From: an uncultured virus (IMG/VR IMGVR_UViG_3300044646_001246)
Lineage: Duplodnaviria; Heunggongvirae; Uroviricota; Caudoviricetes
IMG/VR virus record: IMGVR_UViG_3300044646_001246
Strand: one strand, 5' to 3'
Length of the DNA stretch: 20,000 nt
Part shown: in pieces, positions 1 to 7,604 of the stretch
Position numbering within the stretch: the first letter of the stretch is position 1
How the letters are laid out: each line of letters starts with the position of its first letter
Translations under genes and position numbers: made by a program
The notes under the pieces: model-generated
What the model saw: the letters and a program-made list of their open reading frames with translations, nothing else
What the model was told of the DNA's origin: nothing
Databases searched by the model: none

Positions 1-233
1 TCTGCGCCTTCAGTCGGAGCCAGATACTTCATCAACAGATTTTGACTGAGTGTCCTCTTAATCTGAGACGGTCGCAGAAGGACGAGTGCCAGTGTCACAA
101 GCGACTTTACAACGTGCCGCCCGCAGACCTTCGGGTTTCCTCCTGCACGTACCCATGCGACTGGCGCGGTAAACCTGTTTCTGTTTCTTCATCACATTTA
201 TCCTCAAACGAAAAACGAAAGATCTCCATCGAC

Positions 234-1634
234 ATGAGCGACAAACCAAACCCCGCCACGAAACCCCTGTTCGGACTGATCGACGGTAAGCCGCTCGAAT
301 GTCCGGTCATCGGATTTAACGGCCCGCTTGGATCCGGCAAGACATTGGCAGCCCTCACACTCTGCCCTGAAGAAACCATTGAGATCGGGATTGAAGACTC
401 CGGCGTGACATACGGAAGCCTTCCAATCAAGCACCGGTTTTCAATGTATAAAGAGGTTATCGCTACCGGTAAGACCATGTATCCGAAGCCGATCGATTGC
501 TTCGAATGGTTCCTCAGCATTTTAGATAAGGTGGCAAAAGACGAACTGAAAGCTCGAGTGATTGTGGTTGACCCGATCACTGACATCCAGAACGGACTGT
601 TGGACTACATCGAAGCCCATGCTGCTGACTTCGGAAAGAGTCCCGCACAGTATGCCAAGGCGTCCGGTCTGTTGTGGGGAGATGCTAAGGCGTTCATGAA
701 GATGACGCTCGGTCGCATCAGTCGCAAGGTTGAGTGCTTCATCTACACCTCGCACATGGGAACAGTGTGGCAAGGTGGGGCTCCAGTGTCGGGCAAGAGC
801 AAGGTGAAGGGGATCGACACGTTTAAGGAGATCGCGAGCCTTGTCGTCCACCTGACACGCGACATTGATCCTCAGACTGGCAAGCAGATTGCAGCGCCGA
901 TCGGAAGCATAGCACCACCACACGGCAAGAGTCGGTTCAGCCGATTCGTTGTGGATGCTGAAGGCAGTTACACACCGGTCCCGATTTTACCACCACGCAT
1001 CGAGCCGTTTACTTGGCAGAAAGTTCGTGAGTACGTCGCCACACCACCGGACTACGCGAAGCTGAAGAAGCACGAAGTCGCTCGGCCGGAAGTGCTGACC
1101 GATGACGACAAGTTGCTGCTGGAAGCTGAAACCACCCGCATGAAGTTGGAGGAAGCTCAGATCCGTCAGGACTTGGCGGACAAGGCAGCGGCAGCAGCAG
1201 CGAGGAATAGTGGCGGGGCGGCGGTTCCGACTGCTGTGGCTGCGGCGATGGGAGCAAAGACTACGACGGCAAGTGCGAAGACGGCCGAGAAGCCTGTTGA
1301 CAAGCCTGTCGAGAAGGCAGCGACGACGGCACCTGTCGAAACCCCACCATTTGAAACGGGCAACAGCACCAGCACTGGCTCCAGTGATCTGGCGAATGAA
1401 TCCCTGATCGAGTTCCCGGCTGAACTGGTTCCTTGGGACCGTGAGAAGTGCGACCGCATCGTCCGTGAACAGATGGATGAAGCTGGCATGACGATGGATC
1501 AGAAGAAGAACGCCGTCAAGAAGCGAGGGGTTGAGAAGCTCGCTGACATGACGGACGCTCAGATCGAGGAACTCCGCAAGGCATTGTGGAACGTGCTGAC
1601 GAAGAGGGCGATGGAAGCCAAGGGAAAAAAGTAA
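234..1634 (+). CDS. Sak4/AAA_24-like P-loop ATPase (phage recombination/annealing protein) with Ala/Thr/Lys-rich linker and small helical C-terminal domain
   Basis: Walker A GPLGSGKT and Walker B-like VIVVDPIT; upstream of SSB-like and exonuclease genes. ATG 234 (MSDKPNP) preferred over the TTG at 42. Confidence 0.75.
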   Translation: MSDKPNPATKPLFGLIDGKPLECPVIGFNGPLGSGKTLAALTLCPEETIEIGIEDSGVTYGSLPIKHRFSMYKEVIATGKTMYPKPIDCFEWFLSILDKVAKDELKARVIVVDPITDIQNGLLDYIEAHAADFGKSPAQYAKASGLLWGDAKAFMKMTLGRISRKVECFIYTSHMGTVWQGGAPVSGKSKVKGIDTFKEIASLVVHLTRDIDPQTGKQIAAPIGSIAPPHGKSRFSRFVVDAEGSYTPVPILPPRIEPFTWQKVREYVATPPDYAKLKKHEVARPEVLTDDDKLLLEAETTRMKLEEAQIRQDLADKAAAAAARNSGGAAVPTAVAAAMGAKTTTASAKTAEKPVDKPVEKAATTAPVETPPFETGNSTSTGSSDLANESLIEFPAELVPWDREKCDRIVREQMDEAGMTMDQKKNAVKKRGVEKLADMTDAQIEELRKALWNVLTKRAMEAKGKK

Positions 1635-1792
1635 CAACGGAATATCACCCGTTCGCATATCGGGTGGTGGCGAAATACGGAGAGGCGGCTGCGGTGGCTG
1701 CGTGTATGGCAGAGTTTGGCTTCCCTCTGCTGCTTGTTGATTGTGCTAAGGAAGCCGAAGCAATTGAACGAAGGTTGAAACGAAATGTCTGA
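1625..1792 (+). CDS. Short ORF in the -1 frame of the ATPase; possible frameshift extension, or independent ~42-aa protein from GTG 1664
   Basis: Open frame fills the gap between the ATPase and SSB genes; its stop overlaps the SSB start (ATGTCTGA 1785-1792); A-AAA-AAG at 1625-1631. Confidence 0.5.
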   Translation, partial: KKVTTEYHPFAYRVVAKYGEAAAVAACMAEFGFPLLLVDCAKEAEAIERRLKRNV

Positions 1793-2408
1793 ATACGAGC
1801 CAGGACAAGACCCATTCTCAGTGAGCGGGTCAACATCAGAAGCCACGAAGGATGATGCCCACAAGGGCGGTGGCGGTGCCGGAGTTGCCAAGCCCGGCAT
1901 GTACCATGTGATGGTTGAGTCTGTGGAATTCAACCCACAGGACAAGACGCCGAACGTGCGTGCGATCATGAAGGTTCTGTCCGGAACTGAAGAGTCCGAG
2001 ATCGACAAGCGAATTTATCATCGAATCTACTTTAAGAAGGCCGACACGGAAGAGAAGGAACAGAAGCGGTTTCTCGCACTGGTCACGTTCCTGTTTGAGT
2101 TCGGCGTGCTGGCTGAATCAGAAGCATTCGGCAAAGAGAACGTCGTTCTGACGAAGGCGATGTTCGAACGCCTCGAAGGCTGTCAGGCTGTCGTCAAAGT
2201 CCAGCTTGAGAAGGCGTCGGAGTACAAGGACAAGGAATCCGGCGAGATGAAGATGGGCAAGGATTCCTACAAGATCCTGTGGAACAACGACGTGTGGAAC
2301 ATCCATCACGAGCATGTAAAGGACGTGCCGAAGGACTGGGCGATTGCAAACTACGCCCCGGCACCACGGACGGCGGATCAGAACGCAGCGGATCTGGCGG
2401 ATATTTAG
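1785..2408 (+). CDS. Phage single-stranded DNA-binding protein-like (DUF669-like OB fold)
   Basis: KPGMYHVMVESVE resembles the PGxYxVxI motif; acidic C-terminal tip (ADLADI); directly after a Sak4-like ATPase. Confidence 0.6.
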   Translation: MSEYEPGQDPFSVSGSTSEATKDDAHKGGGGAGVAKPGMYHVMVESVEFNPQDKTPNVRAIMKVLSGTEESEIDKRIYHRIYFKKADTEEKEQKRFLALVTFLFEFGVLAESEAFGKENVVLTKAMFERLEGCQAVVKVQLEKASEYKDKESGEMKMGKDSYKILWNNDVWNIHHEHVKDVPKDWAIANYAPAPRTADQNAADLADI

Positions 2409-2454
2409 AGTTTACCTGTATGGGTAATCGCTGAAGTGTGTTCAACCTTTGTGT

Positions 2455-2511
2455 AAGCAGGGCGGGTGTTTGCGTTTGCCCGGTAAGGCCGCCCGTCCTG
2501 CTTTTTCTTTT
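2455..2511 (+). terminator. Intrinsic terminator-like hairpin
   Basis: AAGCAGGGCGGGT (2455-2467) pairs with GCCCGTCCTGCTT (2491-2503; 2 G-U pairs), followed by a T-rich tract; the loop is large (23 nt). Confidence 0.55.
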
Positions 2512-2531
2512 CACTCGAAAGAAATCTTTCC

Positions 2532-3596
2532 ATGACCAGTCCATTTGAAACATCCGGATCAACCAAAGAGTTCACGTCTGCGGACGATTTGTTGCGGGAG
2601 TTGTGCGGCGATGATGAAGCGGAAGCCATTATTCGAAATGAAACCGAGGAACGCGCTGCGGTCGTTGAGGCGATTGAGGCAAGTGAAGCGGCGAAGACGA
2701 TCGAGAATCTGGAATCTGATTCGGTGGTGGAGTCAGCCGGGGTGGGTGCTGATCGGCGAGCAGTGGCATCTGGGGAGTCTTTCGATCCATTCGAATCCAC
2801 CGACGAATACCTCACTGCCCACCGAGGACAGTTCTTCATCTTCGACATCGAGACCTTTCCCGACGAGTCCAGATTCCCCCGTCCAACCGTGACAAGCCGC
2901 GAGCGCCGCGAATGGGATCTTGCAAAACTCCAGTCGCAGAACGCCGAGATCATCGTGAAGGATCTGAAGACCGGTCTGATGCAGGAAGATCAACTGGCTG
3001 AACTTCTGCAATTGGAGAACACCAGTAAGAAGCCCCGATCCACCGTTGCCAAAGAGATCATGAAGGCAATCGAGGATCTGGACAGCGACATGAAGGACTG
3101 GCAGACGGACGGCTCGCTCGATCCATGGAAAGGCAAGATCGTTGCGTTCTCATGGTCATTCCTTGGCGAAGAGACGGTCCACACGCTGACCGCACAGAAC
3201 GCGGATGAGGAACGATTCATCCTCGCCACATTCTGGGCACTGCAGTCTGTCGGCACACGCGTCGGCTACAACATTAAGGCATTCGACGATCAGTTCATTG
3301 TGGTTCGGTCGATGCTGCTGGGCGTGGAGCCATCGTGCCAGATGGAGACCGGGCGATACTCGAAGCAGTCAAAGGACATCATGCAGTTGCTGTTCCCTGA
3401 CATGCAGCGTGCGAAGAAGTGCAAAGACGTTGCCGCGATGTTGGGGATCCCAGTTCCGGCCGGCGACATTGAAGGCAGTCATGTGTTCGGGTTGGTTGAG
3501 AGTGGCGACTGGGACACGCTGAGTAAGTACAGCAACAGCGATGTGGTTGTTGAGAAGGCGATGTTCCGGGTTGTGAAGAAGTATCTGCATATTTGA
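2532..3596 (+). CDS. DnaQ-like/PolB-type 3'-5' exonuclease with acidic N-terminal extension
   Basis: ExoI FIFDIET, ExoII GYNIKAFD, ExoIII YSNSD (DEDDy pattern). Confidence 0.8.
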   Translation: MTSPFETSGSTKEFTSADDLLRELCGDDEAEAIIRNETEERAAVVEAIEASEAAKTIENLESDSVVESAGVGADRRAVASGESFDPFESTDEYLTAHRGQFFIFDIETFPDESRFPRPTVTSRERREWDLAKLQSQNAEIIVKDLKTGLMQEDQLAELLQLENTSKKPRSTVAKEIMKAIEDLDSDMKDWQTDGSLDPWKGKIVAFSWSFLGEETVHTLTAQNADEERFILATFWALQSVGTRVGYNIKAFDDQFIVVRSMLLGVEPSCQMETGRYSKQSKDIMQLLFPDMQRAKKCKDVAAMLGIPVPAGDIEGSHVFGLVESGDWDTLSKYSNSDVVVEKAMFRVVKKYLHI

Positions 3597-3608
3597 GGGA
3601 AGGGTGGT

Positions 3609-3875
3609 GTGGTTGTGTGGTTAGAAATACTTTGGTTTGTGATTCAGGTGGCAATCGTTTGGTGGTTGGCATGGGAGGCGTTTAAGAACAGTGAGCGTGC
3701 GAATGCTCTTGCTAAGTTGGCCAAAGACACGATGGACAACAACGACGATCTGATTGCGGCCAATATGGAACTGCTCGAACAGTTGCAGAAGTACGAGAAG
3801 CATCCGTCGCCATTCGAAAAGCCGTTTACGAATGCACACTCAGGGATGGGAGTGAAGGATAATGTCCAAGGGTAA
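3609..3875 (+). CDS. Small membrane protein (N-terminal TM helix plus coiled-coil)
   Basis: Hydrophobic Trp-rich first ~22 aa; purine-rich RBS-like GAGGGAAGG upstream; overlaps the next gene start. Confidence 0.55.
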   Translation: MVVWLEILWFVIQVAIVWWLAWEAFKNSERANALAKLAKDTMDNNDDLIAANMELLEQLQKYEKHPSPFEKPFTNAHSGMGVKDNVQG

Positions 3876-4848
3876 AGCCGCAGCCGCAGAACGCGATGCT
3901 TCCAGACGATCTGAAGAACTCACAGGAGTCTTTGAATCCGTCCGATGGCAGAACGAAGATGGCACGTACATCATCGGCACGCTGCAATCCGGCCAATCTG
4001 TCAAAGGCAATGCACGCGCGGGCTCATTCATTCGGGGCTGCGAGTACACCTTCGGCGGGTTCTGGGACAGCGGCAACGGAAAGTTCGGCCCGACATTCGT
4101 TTTTAAGACCTGTCAGCCGAAAGCCCCGGTCACGCGTGAGGCTGTTGTTGCCTACCTCATGCGACACTTGGCGGGCACTGGCTGTGGTATCGGTGAAGTC
4201 GGCATCAAGAAGATCATCACTCAGTATGGTCCCGACAAAGCGATTGACACGATCAAGAATCACCCGAAGGACATCGGCAGTTTCCTCGGGCTGGATCTGC
4301 AGAAAGCCATCGACGCGTCGAACACGATGAAGCGGATCGAGAAGTTTGAAACGACTCGCATCCAGCTCACTCAGTTATTCGAGGGGCGTGGCTTTCCTCA
4401 ATCCACAGTGGAAGCCTGCATTGACACGTTCGGCGTGAATGCAGTTGACGCGATCAAGCGAGATCCCTTCACCATGTTGGTTCGTGGGTTTCACGGGTGC
4501 GGTTTCCTGCGAGTGAACGCACTGTATGAGGCACTGAATCTTCCGAAGGCCCGGCTGAAACGCCAAGTCATCTGCATGTGGCACATGCTCACAGAGGGTA
4601 ATGGCTCAGTGTGGTATGACGCAGAGTGGGTTGGCGGAAGACTCGCGTCCATGATATCCAGCGACGTGAAGTTTGTGCGGGCAGTGAAGCTCGGCGTGCG
4701 TGCCAAGTGGCTATCAACCTTCAAATGCCCAAAGACTCGGCGGGTATGGTTGGCCAGTCGTGAGCATGCGGCGGTCGAGAATGAACTGGTTTTGACGTTG
4801 GCAGGATTCATTGATCGAGCGAGTTTACCTTTAGCGGTAGAGGTGTAA
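3862..4848 (+). CDS. RecD2-like helicase N-terminal part (OB-like + HhH domains), no motor domain
   Basis: GIGEVGIKKII HhH-like motif; DPFTMLVRGFHGCGFLRVNAL matches the RecD2 NPYxL..GIGF..AD motif; ends where the motor domain normally begins. Confidence 0.75.
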   Translation: MSKGKAAAAERDASRRSEELTGVFESVRWQNEDGTYIIGTLQSGQSVKGNARAGSFIRGCEYTFGGFWDSGNGKFGPTFVFKTCQPKAPVTREAVVAYLMRHLAGTGCGIGEVGIKKIITQYGPDKAIDTIKNHPKDIGSFLGLDLQKAIDASNTMKRIEKFETTRIQLTQLFEGRGFPQSTVEACIDTFGVNAVDAIKRDPFTMLVRGFHGCGFLRVNALYEALNLPKARLKRQVICMWHMLTEGNGSVWYDAEWVGGRLASMISSDVKFVRAVKLGVRAKWLSTFKCPKTRRVWLASREHAAVENELVLTLAGFIDRASLPLAVEV

Positions 4849-4856
4849 CGTGATCA

Positions 4857-5344
4857 TGGCTATGGAAAAGAAACCGAAACGCAGTCACAAAAAGGGAATG
4901 AGTGGCGGCGGCGAACGCAAGAAGAGAAAGCTCGAGTCATTCCCTGCCACTGGCAACACCAACCGCAGCCGAAAGCCCTGTCAGTCGGATGGCATGTTCA
5001 TCATTCGTCTTATGCGAGCTGTGCGGATTGCCGTGTGTGCGATGCGAAAGATGAAGCACGCACAAGGCATGGGGCTGACTGATCTGTACGAGAAGTTCTC
5101 GGAGGTCAAGCAGCAGTGGGTGGATGATGTTGTCTTCTATCGAATCTGGCCGATGTTTGAGATGGATCAGCCGCTGAACATCCACGTCAAAGACATGATG
5201 CTGGTTGATGCTGAGATGCTGAAAGAGTTCAGCAAGCAGATCGGATTCGTCGCGACGAAGATTGAGTTTGATCGGTTCATGGTGGCAAAAGACAACTACA
5301 AGTTTTACTACGAGATGGACGGCGACCATGCAGACATTGGTTAA
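4857..5344 (+). CDS. Hypothetical protein with basic N-terminus, between the RecD2 halves
   Basis: ORF with GAGGTG RBS-like sequence upstream; its stop overlaps the start of the helicase motor gene; no recognised motif. Confidence 0.6.
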
Positions 5345-6662
5345 TCCGGTGGTAAGTGTTGCGACCGCTGCGACTCTGGAGAAACGGATCGTTCTTACAG
5401 AAGAACAGGAAGCTGCGGCCGATGTGCTGAAGAAGAATCAGATTGCGTTACTGACTGGCGGCCCCGGGGTTGGCAAGACAACAGTGTTCTCGCAAGTCGC
5501 CAAGGCATTTGATCCATACACCACATACTGCTGTGCCCCAACAGGACGCGCAGCGCAGCGAATGTCAGAAGCACTGGCTGAGTCTCGCCTGAGTCTGACC
5601 GCCACCACAATCCATTCGCTGCTCGGTCCCGATCGTAACGGCCACGACAAGAAGGGGTGGGGGTTTAAGCACAACAAGCAGAATCGTCTGCCTGCTAAGA
5701 CGGTCATCGCTGACGAATGTTCGATGGTGGATAACGCCACGTTTAATTCACTCGTGACGGCATTACCTGACGATTGCCGACTGGTGATTATTGGCGACCC
5801 TGATCAGTTACCACCCGTGGGCGTCGGCGCTGCACTGCGTGACATGATCAACTCAGGAGTGATTCCGCACGCAAAGTTGACGAAGGTTCACAGGTTCGCC
5901 GGCCGAATCGCCCACGTCTGCCAGATGATTAAAGAGGGCAAGCGATGGCAGGCTTCACCAGCACTGGACGAAAACCCAAACGCTGGAGAGTTCGGGCCTG
6001 AGAACCTGAAGCACATGGAGCGGAAGACGGCGGGTGAGTGCATCGAGGCGATGGAGCAGGTCATCAACGCACTGGTGAAGAACCGCGGCTATAACCCGCT
6101 GGACGACATCCAGATCCTGTGCAGCCGGAATGACCAGGGGCCACTGAACCGCGTTGTGTTAAACGAACGCCTGCAGAAGATGCTGAACCCCGAAGGCGAG
6201 AGTCTTGAGGGCGTACCCTTCCGTGTCGGCGACAAGATCATGTGCCTACAGAACGGCTACCGTGAATCATTCGCAAGTGACGGGGCTGAGAAACTCGGAC
6301 AGGTCTACGTCGCAAACGGCGAGATCGGCATCGTCACTCAGATTAGCAAAAAGGATGTGCTGTGCAAGATTAACGGCACGTTCATTAAGTTCCCGCGAGG
6401 TGCATGGGACGGGCAGTTGACGTTGAGCTACGCCATCACGGTTTGGAAAGCTCAGGGTGGCGGGTTTCCTGCGTGCATCCACATGATTGACGAAGGCCGG
6501 AACGTGGACAGAAGTCTTGTCTACACCAGTTTGAGCCGAAGCAAGAGGCTGTGCTTCACGATCGGCAAGAAGATGGTGCTGGACAAGCAGTGTGAGACGG
6601 TGTTGTTGGAAGATCGGAAGACGTTGCTGAGTGAGCGATTGAGAGAAAGGGCGATGGTGTAG
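5328..6662 (+). CDS. RecD/RecD2-like SF1B helicase motor domain
   Basis: LTEEQ Q-motif, TGGPGVGKTT, APTGRAAQR, TTIHSLL, DECSMVD, GDPDQLPPVG, FRVGDKIM, NGEIG, YAITVWKAQG, VYTSLSRSK. Start taken as ATG 5328. Confidence 0.9.
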   Translation: MQTLVNPVVSVATAATLEKRIVLTEEQEAAADVLKKNQIALLTGGPGVGKTTVFSQVAKAFDPYTTYCCAPTGRAAQRMSEALAESRLSLTATTIHSLLGPDRNGHDKKGWGFKHNKQNRLPAKTVIADECSMVDNATFNSLVTALPDDCRLVIIGDPDQLPPVGVGAALRDMINSGVIPHAKLTKVHRFAGRIAHVCQMIKEGKRWQASPALDENPNAGEFGPENLKHMERKTAGECIEAMEQVINALVKNRGYNPLDDIQILCSRNDQGPLNRVVLNERLQKMLNPEGESLEGVPFRVGDKIMCLQNGYRESFASDGAEKLGQVYVANGEIGIVTQISKKDVLCKINGTFIKFPRGAWDGQLTLSYAITVWKAQGGGFPACIHMIDEGRNVDRSLVYTSLSRSKRLCFTIGKKMVLDKQCETVLLEDRKTLLSERLRERAMV

Positions 6663-6665
6663 GTG

Positions 6666-6884
6666 ATGAAGAATTGCGGGACGTGTTATTTCTGGATGGG
6701 TAAAACAGGGCGTTGTCATCGCCATGCGCCAAGGCCATCGACGCCAAACGAACTGCTCGATAAGCCGCCTGGACTGGGTGAAATCGATAATCTATGGGAC
6801 GAGTCGTCTGTTGTTTGGCCAATCACAGAAGAGTTTGATTGGTGCGGGGAATACAAGGAGGGGCGCGATGGTGTTTCTAATTGA
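6666..6884 (+). CDS. Small Cys-rich, probably metal-binding phage protein
   Basis: CxxC...C(H)RHAP...WP...DWCGE pattern; coupled to the helicase stop. Confidence 0.65.
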   Translation: MKNCGTCYFWMGKTGRCHRHAPRPSTPNELLDKPPGLGEIDNLWDESSVVWPITEEFDWCGEYKEGRDGVSN

Positions 6885-7038
6885 TTCATACACCTTCGCT
6901 CATAAGTCCCGGCAGAGCGATGGCAGGTGCTTGGTTTACAACCGAGTGGGTTTAGTTGGCCGGGTGATTCAGGGCGGCAGTGAGATGTTGTATTTCAGGC
7001 GTGGCTGTTACGCGTGGGAGATTTGGAATGGCGAGTAA
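6868..7038 (+). CDS. Hypothetical protein (~56 aa)
   Basis: AAGGAGGG RBS upstream of ATG 6868; overlaps both neighbours. Confidence 0.5.
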   Translation: MVFLIDSYTFAHKSRQSDGRCLVYNRVGLVGRVIQGGSEMLYFRRGCYAWEIWNGE

Positions 7039-7537
7039 ACCCACACCCGACTTCGCCGCCTGTGACTTCACCGTCATTGTCGACACCAGCGAACAAACGC
7101 CCTTCACCTTCCGTGAGATCGAACGCCTCAAACGCTACGGCGGCGGGACTTTGATCATCCCCACGAAAAAAAAATCCCTATACACCGGGGACTACTCGAT
7201 CGAGGGAATGGAGGATCAAGTCACCATCGAACGCAAAGAGATGGGCGACTTCTTCCATTGCTGCGGTGGTGATCGTGAACGGTTCGCCGGTCCCGGCGGC
7301 CAGTTGGATCGGCTGAACCAAATGAAGTTCGGCTGCGTGGTGGTGGAGGCTGAGTGGTCGGCAATCATGCGAGGCGACCGCAACAGCAAGATGAGCCCGG
7401 ACAGCATTCACGGCAGCGTGATTGCCTGGCAGCAGGATGAGTACCCCAACGTGAAGTGGTGGTTCTGTATGCGTAGGCATGCGGAAGTGACGACGTTTCG
7501 GATTTTGGATAGGTGGTGGAGGAAGAATGGGATCTGA
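7028..7537 (+). CDS. ERCC4 (XPF/Mus81-like) domain nuclease, possible resolvase
   Basis: VIVDTSEQ, GDYSI and TIERKEMGDF match the VDxRE...GDY...ERKxxxD signature. Start taken as ATG 7028. Confidence 0.8.
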   Translation: MASKPTPDFAACDFTVIVDTSEQTPFTFREIERLKRYGGGTLIIPTKKKSLYTGDYSIEGMEDQVTIERKEMGDFFHCCGGDRERFAGPGGQLDRLNQMKFGCVVVEAEWSAIMRGDRNSKMSPDSIHGSVIAWQQDEYPNVKWWFCMRRHAEVTTFRILDRWWRKNGI

Positions 7538-7604
7538 CGATTGGTAGTTGCGGTTTGCTGTTGTCTTTCTTCATCACATGAACACGTAAAAGAACCTTCC
7601 TCAC

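Noticed and set aside
2..49. Possible 3' end of an upstream gene
   Set aside because: Too short to determine frame or product.
42..233. 64-aa N-terminal extension of the ATPase from TTG 42
   Set aside because: No RBS, atypical Cys/Ser-rich sequence, and the region looks like a structured leader; ATG 234 is more plausible.
4849..5327. Group I/II intron or intein interrupting RecD2
   Set aside because: No recognisable intron core, LAGLIDADG/GIY-YIG/HNH/RT motif or intein termini; the interval is fully occupied by a coupled ORF. Not formally excluded.
7166..7174. A9 run in the ERCC4-like gene as a slippage or phase-variation site
   Set aside because: The gene is intact in frame (TKKKS) with motifs on both sides; no evidence for an alternative product.
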